Source: Antedon mediterranea
Taxonomy: Eukaryota; Animalia; Echinodermata
Assembly (NCBI RefSeq): GCF_964355755.1
Contig: NC_092674.1
Coordinates: 16,430,001-16,494,000, forward strand
Length of the DNA stretch: 64,000 nucleotides
Direction of reading: 5' to 3'
Shown: positions 1-11,500 of the stretch, in pieces
How the letters are laid out: every line of letters starts with the position of its first letter
How positions within the stretch are numbered: position 1 is the first letter of the stretch
The notes under the pieces: generated by a model
Told to the model about the DNA's origin: nothing
What the model saw: only the letters and a program-made list of their open reading frames with translations
Database searches by the model: none
Position numbers and translations under genes: made by a program

Positions 1-65
1 AAATTCGGACAATTTGTAAACATTTAAATACTAAATTAAAAAATTAAACATTATTACACTTAAAT

Positions 66-1897
66 TTACTTATCTAGTGAAGAGAGTCTCTTTAAATCGC
101 GTTTTCTGTTTCGTCTAGCAGCATCGAATGAAATTTCACAGGATCTCCATACCTTCTGTTCTAATCCTTTCGCGACTGGAGAATACTTGAAAGTTTGTTG
201 TCGTACGATATCCATTCGTTCCACGTCCAGTTGTTCTGCATCCCGAGTACCGCTTACGTTGCATCGTAGTCGTTCTTCTTCGGTGAAATAATATCCAAGC
301 AAATGTTTCGATACTTTCTTCGTGTCTTCGTGGTCGCGTAGAAGTTTTAGAATCAGGTTACGTGGTAGGTCATCTTCTGAGTTTAGTCGTCTTGGTGGGT
401 GTACGCTGGGTCTTGATGGAGTAGCGGTTGGTGGTGGTGGAGGAGTTTGAATGATTGGTTGTGCTGTCGTCGAAGGTAACCATGGTTGGTGTATCTGCCG
501 TTGCTGTGGTTCAGGTCGTGATTCAATTGATGATAGTCTTTGGTGAATGGCAAGTAAGTCGGCTGATTGACGGTCAAGTTGGCGTTGTTGGGTAGCTACT
601 GTGTTGGTCAGAGTTAGATTCGCTGCCTCCAGTTCATGAACCCGATCATTCAACGTGGCTATGGTGATGGCATCAGTGTTCGAGTCGTCGCTGTCCCTCC
701 ATGCAGTGGCTGATAAAGTGATGTCTTTTCCTGTGTCCTGTTCATATCTGGCTATCATCGTACTCATTTGGTCATCAGCGGTGTTTAAAGGGCACGCGTC
801 ATATTGCCAATCATCTCCAACGTCGTCAGTCCTTACAACGTCAGTAACAATTTCACGAACACATGCAGCCTGTAAAGAAAAGAAAATAATACATAGAACA
901 TTATAAAACAAAAACCAATAATGTAAATTAGCGCGCAAGCGTAAGATGAATTTTACGATGAATTGTGGAAAACCACATGTGGATGCAATAAACAATGTGA
1001 TTAATTCTAGTAATTACTGTCAACAAATAGTGGTGGGTCTATGGAAGAAAGCTAAATCTGTATGTAATATAATATCAAATAAGGGAAATAAAACAACTTT
1101 TTAAATTATGGGAATAACATTTAAAAAATGAGTTTTAAAATGTTTAACTTAACTGGTTTCTCAACATTAACAGTCTTCCTCTTCTTTGGTTTCGTTCCAT
1201 AATCATGTTGTTTCTTTCCATCATCTCTATCATCATTCACCACGGCATCATCAGTGTCATCATCATCATCGTTGTCGCTCTGAACCAATTCTCCAGCGAT
1301 GCTTTCGTATTTGACCGTCACGCCAATCGAAGTATTAATCTAAAAAGAAGTAAAAACAACAAAATTTAACAAACATATCAAAATAGTGGAAATGTATACC
1401 ATAAAAAAAAATCATTGAAAACAACAGGAAATTATATTAATTTATTTATTGATGTGTCAGTCGCCACAAACTATGGAATATTACATGTAGTTTGTAAATG
1501 TTAAAATTAAAATGTAAGGACAAAATTAAAATGCTTGTCCGTTTCAAAAATGGATAATCAATTAAATAACAAGAAAGTAAATAACAAGAATAACATCTTA
1601 CCTCACAAAGAAACGGATTGTTGTTTTCGACAACTAATGGCGGTGATAATTCTCCACTTGGGATGGTTTTACTAAATTTATCTCCACGTTGCAGTGTTCT
1701 TAAAGTTACGTGCGCTGCAGATATGATTCGTCTGCGTAATGCGTAACAAAATCGCTCGCTACCCATGATGAGTTACTGTATCCAGCCCACTGTATCAGTA
1801 TTCGCCTTCTGTCTATTTTTTAAATTTTTCCCGTTAGCCAAATCCCGCATTCCTTATCGATGGCCTGGATGCTGCTCCCAATTTTAAACGTCGACAT
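66..1897 (-). pseudogene. Spliced gene for a Tudor/chromo-barrel-like + acidic + coiled-coil + C-terminal BEN domain protein; exon 1 disrupted; nested antisense in a TUBGCP3 intron
   Basis: Exons 1897-1602 (ATG, donor GAG|gtaag), 1339-1154 (ttttag|ATT...CCA|gttaag) and 869-66 (ttacag|GCT...TAA), all phase 0. C-terminus KHLLGYYFTEEERLRCNVSG...LDVERMDIVRQQTF...WRSCEISFD fits a BEN domain. N-terminus FKIGSSIQAIDKECGIWLTGKI*KIDRRRILIQWAGYSNSSWV resembles Tudor/chromo-barrel. Exon 1 has an in-frame TAA (1820-1822) and needs a frameshift near 1690-1760. Confidence 0.7.
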
Positions 1898-2453
1898 TTT
1901 GTAAGTGATAGTAAATATTAAATGATGACAAACACCAGTTATCAGCGTGTTTTTATACTTGTTGAGCGGGAACATAAACAAAATCGAAGAACAATATAAT
2001 ACAATAACTGTAGAACATGAATTGTGCGCGCTTGCCGCCCCTCCGAACAATGCCGCACACATCAAACATCCCTTTGTTTTTATGTAACCATAAAAAAAGC
2101 GCCAAAACAAAGAGAGCTGTAAATAATAATAATAATTTACAAAAATCGCAGAACTGAAACTCATGAATGTGTAGCCGACAAAAACTCGCTTATTTTATTT
2201 ATTGAGAAATTGTAATAAAACAAATATAGGACATTTTAAATGATACGCAACGTTTGAGCTACACGGGTTACCGCATTAAAATACAAAATAGAAGCTAGAA
2301 CGTGGGTAACGTTGCAGTAGTTTTTAGCTGTACTGTACATACATCAGGAAAAAAACAAACTTTGCCTTTTGCCTGACTATTTATACCTATCTAAAACTAC
2401 TAATGGACATTACTTCAGTTATGACAGTATTAATGAACACATCTTTATTATAG

Positions 2454-2564
2454 TTCTTTGTTGCTGCTGACCCTACTGTTAAAGATGTAGGGCTATGGCA
2501 TGAACGCTATTCCCTCCGCAAGTCTATGATTCCATCTTTCCTATCAATGGAACAAGCATCAAAG
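2454..2564 (+). CDS. TUBGCP3: TUBGCP3 exon
   Basis: tag|TTC...AAG|gtaaat; [37 protein letters not shown]. Confidence 0.95.
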
Positions 2565-5500
2565 GTAAATTAAAATTGTCATTATACTGTAATACCAAAT
2601 TAACATTCCTTTCAAAATTTGGATTATCTCATGTTTTACACATTTCATTATTTTTATGATTTATTTTTTCTTTTGGTTTGAACATTTTTCTATTTTTTGT
2701 TTCTCCTTTTTTATTTAAGATAATTTCAGATTTACAATTCTTAAATCCCTCTAGTGATGTTGACTCCATGGCCTCTTGGGGTAGTGTGTTTCAAAAATGG
2801 ATGGTGTCTGGAAAGAAAATACCCTTGTACAATTCTATTCTGGTCTTAGGTATTCTGAACCTCTGGCTGTGACTTTTATTAACAGGTTCTATAAATTGCA
2901 TAAAAGAACACTATATTTATTTGAATTAGTTCAAGAACTGAATTTAAAACTCTTTTGCTATATGAAATAGATAATCATTTACACACAAATTCCATTTAGA
3001 TTTTATTGATTGGAAAATCAATCAACTTTATTCGACAAGTTTGTCATGACCATTCAGTACTTAATGGGCAAAACAAGTTGAATAAAGAAATGTTGAAGAA
3101 AGATCATAGATGTAAGTACCAAACAATCTACAATTTGCTTTCTATACTATATTTTTTATACTGGGTGGCCTCTTCAGTCAAAGACTGTATCTTCCAGAGG
3201 ACCCAGTTATGATGAGTAGCTGTGTGTGACAGTTTGTCAAAATTGTAAAATTGTTAAGCTATACATAACTTTAGTTTTAATGAATGGAATGATTCATCTA
3301 ACTCAACATTCCAATTAATAACATTCGGTCTACCCTTCTTAGTACAATCAGACAGTGGAGCAGCAATAGTTACAAAATTATCAATAAATTTACGATAGTA
3401 ACCAACTAACCCCAAAAATGATCGCACTTGTGTTTTATTAGTTGGCTTTACTGCATTTTCAATTGCCTTTACTTTTTCTACCCTTGGTTTTATCTTTCCC
3501 TGTCCTACTACATGTCCCAAAAACTCTACCTCGTCATAACCAGTAAAACTTTTCCTGGGGCGAGCAGTAATGTTTGCATTTTTTAACCGTTTAAATACCT
3601 CCGCAACTTTTCTCATTTGTTCCTCCCAAGTCTCATTGTGGATGAGGATATCATCTATGTAGTTATAACCTTTGTTATACCTTTTAACAATTTACGCATT
3701 ACCCGGCTAAAAGTAGCAGCAGCGTTCACTAGGCCAAAAGGCATCATGTCCTTCATGTATTACAAATGCAGTCAAATGTTTACAATCGGGAGCCATTGAT
3801 ATTTGCCAATATCCTTTACTCAAATCAATTTTTGTAAATTACTGATCTTTAACTAATTGTGCAAACATTTCATCCGGGTCAGGAATAGGCTCCGCATCAA
3901 ACACAGTAATTTTGTTAAGATTTCGCATATCGCAACAAATTCTATTAGACCCAACTGGCTTCTTCACAACGACCACAGGACTAGCATATGCACTACTACT
4001 AGGCGATAGCACTCCCATTCTCAACATCTCCTGCACCTCTTTCCACACATCCACTCTCAAGTTATATGTGATGGGGTATGGTTTAATAGAATTGGTTTAT
4101 GTTCATTAACCACTATCTGATGTTCCCCAAGGTGAGTATGCCCTGGTTTATCTGTCAAAACTTCACAGTATTTGTTAAGCATACTTAAACTTGTTTTTGT
4201 TGTTTTTCATTTAACTTTGGATTAATTTTTACATCACTCACACTTTCACCTTCTCTTGTTGGACCCAACTCAAGCAAATTGTCATTGGCATAACTTTTCA
4301 ACTCAGGTGCATCCACAAAGAATGGACTTTGCTCTTCTTAATTACTGAAGTGCAAGCAATATCATATACTCTTTGACAACATGCTACAAGAATGGGTCTA
4401 CGCTTATATTGTCTTGACATATTTAGGATGACTATAACGAGGCATTTAATAAAAAGGCAAATTGCCTTAAAATGTAAATGTGACATGTTTCGAGGAACTA
4501 TTCTCATCATCAGAACAGTAAACAACGCCTAGAGTGCTTATATACCAATAGGACATATTGTATGTAAATAAGTAAGTAATTAGCATAATAAAACAAGGAA
4601 TGTAGGCAACAACCAATCATATGGCAAGTGTGACGCCTAAGTTATAGATTTGTTTGTTCAAGGAAGGACATATTTATATGAAAGGTGGAGGATTTATGAG
4701 CCATATTAACCTTATAATTTAACTTGTTTACCTTTTCAATCACAGGGAATGGTCCCTTCCAATGCATTAAAAGTTTATTACTGTCGGTTGGAAGCAATAC
4801 CAATACCATGTCATTTACTTCTAAAGATCGTACCCTTGTAATATATAATAATAATTGTAATAAGTTTTTTATACCGATTCACTGCACGTGCAAGGTTTTC
4901 ACGGGCTAATTTACACGTTCGTTCCAAACGTTCTTGTAATTCGAACACATATTGATACTTGGTTTTCGTGTTTTTCTCAGTTGTATTGGTCCACAATTCT
5001 CTGAGCACTGTCATAGGACCCTTGGATTCACACTCGCGTCATATTGCGGATTTTTGACAAAAAGTGTTTTGAGAGCGCTTTTGATTTAAACATTAGCGCG
5101 AGCCTATCTAACCGCTGAGAATTTTATTGAGAAACCCGAAGACTTCACGCGAGCGAGACGAACTGACTAAGAACATTTTTACTATTCTTCATACACGCTT
5201 ATTATTGAACAATAGTTGGTATAAATAACTGCTAGTTAATTTGAGACATTCGATGTTACTAAGAATACTAAAGAAATTACTTATAATACAAATTTAAAAG
5301 ATTTATCACGATTCTAGTTTAGGTAACATTCGCCCATTAACAATGAAAACAAACAAATCTTACGTAGGAAATCGCGGAACTCTAAAACGTTTGTTTCCGA
5401 ATTTTTAAATACATATTTGTAAATATTATGTTAAATTTCAATATCTTTACTTTCAATCCTCAAAAAATCAAAATGTTGATATTTACTATCGATCGCGCTC

Positions 5501-8500
5501 CGCTGGTGCCCGAGTAGGTGTGTACGCGTCGCTTTTGCAGGCTCTATTCCCAGTAGCGAGTTTCGGTCGCGCTAACATAAGCAATGTTTTCTACATTTAC
5601 ATGCATTAGGGGCAAATTATGTTTAATTGTTTTTACCGCATAACAAAATTCCCAAATTTACTTCTTTTCTTGCCTACGTTTCTGTCTCCCTAAAATCAAA
5701 TACTTTAACTGCATAATTTTAAGTGACAATAACATACAAATACAGTACTATAATTTGATCACTTCTTTGCAATACTTTAAAGTTGTTGTATACAATTATT
5801 TTAAGAGTATAAATAAAAACACACAGAAACTAATAAAATGGCAACTAATTGAAAAGTCAAACTCATTTATTTCATCAATTAAATATTTGAAAAAAATCAA
5901 ATCAAATAAGGTACTGCTGTGTAGGCCTTAAATATGATTACTGTATTTTTTTAGTTTTAATTTGTACAATGGCCTACAGTAGGCCTAATATAGTACTAAC
6001 AACATGTTTATTTCTAAAGGCAAGAATAACAAACAGCTTTATTTATTTACATTCAATATTAAATCTATGAGAAACCTCAATTATGAGAATAATTTAAATT
6101 TCTGTCACCGTACATTTCTTTATAATGAAAACCTTTAATTTAAAAGACATTTAATTAATAAGAGCTATTAAAGTTTTTTTGAATGTCAACATGCTGTCCA
6201 TAAATAGCCACTTTCAAGTGATGCAAATGTTTTCTGTAGTCAGATCCTATAAAAAATATAGAAATATAAAAAGTATGTTAATAAATATGTATTTGAAAGA
6301 TGTGCTAGAGGTATGATGCATGATAAATTAGGCTGAATAACCTAACCTGTGATCCTAGGCCTACTACTAGGCCTAGCTAAAGGTTTTAAATCCCATAAAA
6401 CGTTTGAATTTAATACAAGTACAAAATCTATAAAATCTTATATAGAGTTGTAAAGTGTGGTACGTATAAATTCAGTACATTAATTAAAATAAATGAGAAT
6501 GGGGCCTAATATTAATAAATAAACATGTAAAAAATTGGCCTAAACGACTATGTGTATATCTATACGCATTGATTAACACGCGGTACGCGTTGGACCATCA
6601 AGGCTAGACCCAGCTTCGCACAAACAACCGTTATACATGTGATTTGTTTACCTATTTCAATCGCTATTTAAAAAATACCTGAAAATATCAACATGCCCAT
6701 TTTTTGTCAAACGAATATTTACATTACATAGTAACTTTTTATTTAGTCACTCGTTTAGTCAATTTAAGAATTTTGTTATGGTCTCGTAAAAATGTACAAT
6801 ATTATTATTGATAAAAATCAAACAAAAAGAAGAGCAAATTCAATGATTACCTGACACGATCATAACTGCTATCCTGTTCCAAAAACCAAGTCACATGCTT
6901 CTTCAACCCTTGCTTTACTTATTCTCATGAATTATTCATAAGGAACTATAAATTAAGGCTTCCAATTGGTTAAAAGAGTTTAACCCTATTAAAATTTTAA
7001 ATTCACATCATTTCCGGTAGATTTTGTCGCGCTTCGATGAATCTCAGAAATCACAAATGACCGCTAGAGGGCTCACTACTTTTTGTAGTGTAATGTGGAT
7101 TACGCCCGTATAACAATTCAACAGGTAAAAAGCCGGTGCTTTCTTGAGGAACCTCTCGATACACGAATAGTAGTGGATAAATATATCTATCCCAATCAGT
7201 AGGGCGTTCTTCGCACATTTTTTTCAACATGGGCTTTAACGTTCCGTTAAACTTTTCTACTAACCCGTTGCACATCGCATGACATGGCGTGGTCTTTACA
7301 CTACGTATATATAACAATGGCGACATGAATTGAGAGCCCCAATCGGTAAGTATTTCCGTTGGGAATCCTAACCTAGAATACATTGACACAGCATTTCTGC
7401 TACCGTTATCGTATCAATATTCTTGATGGGTATAGCTTCCAGATAACGTGTCTATCAACACCAAAATAAATCGATGTCCCCTTTTTGTCATGGGTTTAAT
7501 TGGACCTACTAAATCTACACCTACTCTTTGGAACGGTTCCTCGATTGTAGGCATTTTACCCAATGGTACTTTAAGGACCCTTCCTTTAGATACGGTTCGC
7601 TGGCATATGTCGCACGACTGGCAAAATCTATGTACATCGGATTGCAACCCAGGCCAAAAAAAATGTGTTAAAATTTTGTCAGTGGTTTTCTTAACACCGA
7701 GGTGACCACCTATAGATTCATCGGCCAACTGCAAAACTACCCCTCTAAGAGTTTTAGGAACAACTACTTGTCTTACTAAATTACCGAATTCCACCTTAGG
7801 AGACAAAAACTCTCCACGAAATTCCGTCATTAAAGATGTATTTAAAGTAATTTCCATTTCTAGTCATTTGTTTATCTCCTCTTTTTGCCAAATCTCTAAC
7901 TTTCCCCAATGTAGAGTCATTATACTGATCTTCGATTAATTTTTCCTGAGTAGCTACTTTTAATTGTTTAAGGGGTTTTCTCACGGAATTGTGCTGGCTT
8001 CTAGTCATCATAGCACCGGATGGTTCTGCATTTTCGATATCATTGATTAACGACATTTTATTCTCTTTTATTATACCGTTATTAAGGGCCCAATTTTCTT
8101 CAGGATCATTCGGATCCCTTACCCCTGTAACGTTTCCAATAATTAATCCAAACACAGGATTTTCCATACAAATCACCTTTACCGATCCTGACAAAAATGG
8201 AGTATTAATATTAATTTTAGCTATAGGGAAACGTCTTACAGTTCCATCTATCAATACACACATACTAAATTCTCCCGTTAGTTGTTCCCGTTTCACAAAG
8301 GATCGTTTCACCACGACACTACTTATTTGTCATAGGTACATGCATGTAAAAGTTACCCACAATCTGGCCTTTGGCCACTAGTGGTAACTTGTGGCATGGT
8401 GGTTTTTAATGTTTTATATGAAATAAATAAATAATATCCCAGAGTCACGCAAAGCTTCGGTAATATTATTTTCTACTAAACCTTTCCATACAGGCATACC

Positions 8501-11500
8501 CGCTTTATTTCCACACGCCGCTGTTAGAATAGGCAATTTATGACCACAGTTTAAAGTTAAGAATCCATCTTCCATAGCATGTTCAAAATGGGAATGAGAT
8601 CCCTCAACGATACATGCATGACTAAAATCGGCCCTATGCCTACAATTTCTCGCAAAATGACCCATTTTCCCGCAAATATAGCAAGGCCCACGCGAACTTG
8701 GTTGCTGACCAAACTGATTATAACAAGGTTTTGCCAAAATGTTGGTTCATACTTAGTACCCTTGCTTGCCCTCTGTTTTGAAATTGATTTTGATTTTTTC
8801 CTGACATGTTTACGCTAGAACGTGGTGACCAAGAACCATGTGCCTCGATATACTGATTAGCAAATGTAGCCATGCTAGACGCGTCTTTAGGTTTTCGTTC
8901 TTTAAGGAAAATCGCATGTACTTTAGAACAACAATTAAGAAACTGTTGTCTTAAAATTATATTAAACATCCCATTAAAGTCTTTCCGATAACTCTAACCA
9001 ACGATTTAGGCAATTCTTTAAACGGTTTAAAAACTTTGTTCCGTTTTCACCGTGAGAAGAAGAAATATCTCTAAATTTTTTTCTAAACCTGTTAGCCGTG
9101 AGGTGATATGCTTTAAGTACGACAAATTTAACTTTATCAAAATTAGTTATTCCATTAGGAGGTAGCCTGATGGATTTGCATTGGTTGCCTGTTCAACAAC
9201 GTATTAAGTACAAACTTGCGTTGTTTGTATTCAAGATCCTAAATGACAGTGCTCCTGCTTATTTATCTGACCTTGTGGATCGTTACGAATCATCCCGCAG
9301 AGGCCTACGATCATTGTCACAAAGCCTTCTTCAAGAGCGTAGAGCGAAAAATCAGTGGGGTCAGAGATCTTTTTACGTTGCGGCCGCAAGTGTATGGAAC
9401 AGCTTACCAGCAACAGTTAAATGCTCAACTAGTCTAAACAGTTTCAAGACCAACCTAAAGACGTCGCTATTCGCTGATGTTCTCGCACGTTGTTAATGCA
9501 CAAAGCGCCATGAGCGCCACATGGGTGGAGGATACCGGCGCTATATAAGTTTTCATTTATTATTATTATTAGAATTGAATACTCAAAAAGAGCATTACCC
9601 TGTAGTAATGCACCCAAATTATTTGCCCATTCATTTTAAGAAGTAGCGTATCTCTCAAATCGATGAATATATACATCTATATCATCTCTATCAGGGTTAA
9701 GTAGAGGCAATTTTGGCGCTCTCATGCTTTTGGCATTAAAAATCTTTGTATCTGCAGTAATGAGTTGTTGTGCCGATTTGGCTTATTCTAATTGCAGCTG
9801 TAGCTGAAGTGCTTTAAATTCTAACTCTTTCTTTTCTCTTTCCATCTTCATATCTTGTCTCTTTTTTCTCTATCTCAACTTTTAACTCTATTTCTTTCCT
9901 TTGTTTCATCCTTTTCTCTTCTTTTATCTCTAATGCTTTTTGTTCTTTCTCCACGTTTCTCAATTTAATTCTGAATTCTCTTTCTATATCACTCTGAACT
10001 TTTAATCTTTCTCTTTCTTCATCTATAAAATCTTTCAACTCCTTCCCTGTCAAACCTAATTTCTCTCCCACTGCCGTCAATTTCTCTATCTCCATATAGC
10101 TTGCCATGCTCATTAATTCATATATGTTTAGGGTCACGGTTACTGTAAAAAAAATAAATATGTATAATATAAAAAATACACGAAGGTAAAACAATACCCT
10201 CAAAACACATATATTGAGATTAGATACATACAGTTCAATTTCGATATCCACTTAATTATCTCTTGACTCCCGCACCAACCGCACACCAAACAAACCTCTC
10301 GGACGAGTTCCCAAATTGTCACGGCAACATTTCCAGTGGGTTTGGTGTGTTGTGGAGGGTGGACTCAAGACAAGTATAATATACATATAAAACACTATAA
10401 TATATATATCCAGATTATCTTTTTATTACAAGGGTGCACCCAATCTGAGGTATATAAATATCTCTATAATACAAATAACAGGTGAATTATCTGAGTCCAT
10501 TTCCAATTTTACGTCGAAATACAGTACTCTTTGTTCAACTCACTCGCATATTTCCACTCCATCTTATCCATAATTTCTTCGATGATTTCTCTGATGTTTT
10601 CTAAGCTTAATCTTCTTAATCTTGACACTTCTCTATTCTCAAGTGGCACTGTAACACAGACAAATATTACCGTAGTATACAGTTCATTTACGGTACCCTA
10701 TAACATTCATTATACCAACAATCTATTTTATAATATAATTATTCTATTTATAATGCATCCTAATTCATTATAACTTGTTCGCAAATCCCAATTTCATTGT
10801 CTTCTGGTGACAATGCTCACTCTCTCCCCGTTGTCTACAAAAAGACTGTATGCGCTACTCCGCAGTCTACACAAAACATCGTTATTCAAATAATTTGCTC
10901 ATTACCATAATTATAGTGATCACCTGTTGGATTATTCCATTATTTTGTGACACAGTTGCTGTGTACACCGGGGTAGCCCCCCTACTCTTCTCAAAAGATG
11001 TACTAAGATAGTCCTTATCCAAGAATACTTGTTCTACCACCAGGACCATGGAGCGAGTGAGCCTTAAATCCTTGTCGGTGTTATTTGCTACGTATTACGG
11101 TTCCACTGTCTTTACCGCATATTTCTATACGACTACGTGTTTTTTATTGCAGTGAAAGTGCGAAGCAACCATCAAGTTCTCATCCATACAGTAATAATAT
11201 GGAACACAATTCTCTTTAGCTCTTTTGTCATTTAGCACTTTCTGTATTAGAGGTGGTCCATTTAAATTTTTAAGCAAGCAGGGTAAAAAACTAATTAATA
11301 ATCACTAATCCATCCTCTATTTTAGATAAAGATTTTGATATAAATTATATTAATTGTGTATTAACAAGAAAGAAACTGAAATATCTGATTTATATTATTG
11401 CAGCTGAATTGTTATTTAATCAGGATTTAGATGGAGGTTTTCAAGAGATTATCAACACTGTCTACAAAGAAACAAGTAAACATCTTTTAGACATATTTTT

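Larger units (their letters stand above)
3235..10952 (-). mobile_element. Degenerate Gmr1-like Ty3/Gypsy LTR retrotransposon (gag-SCAN/CCHC, PR, INT, RT order); 3' LTR missing
   Basis: 5-bp TSD CAGTT at 3230-3234 and 10953-10957. Gag ~10110-8600 with SCAN-like ILRQQFL...KERKPK and [14 protein letters not shown] knuckle. Protease LRDSG at ~8440. Integrase HLGVKKT...[33 protein letters not shown] at 7857-7100 and 5014-4720. [12 protein letters not shown]...YIDD...[10 protein letters not shown] at ~4200-3254. Many stops and frameshifts. Confidence 0.92.
3160..11116 (-). mobile_element. tRNA-derived Deu/Nin-domain SINE split by the Gypsy insertion (pieces ~3160-3234 and ~10953-11116)
   Basis: Joined across the CAGTT duplication, the two pieces give a copy homologous to the SINE at 16225-16515. 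Confidence 0.8.

Noticed and set aside
870-995. N-terminal ~42 aa of the 309-aa ORF
   Set aside because: Intron read-through; a clear polypyrimidine acceptor at 870-885 defines the true exon start at 869.
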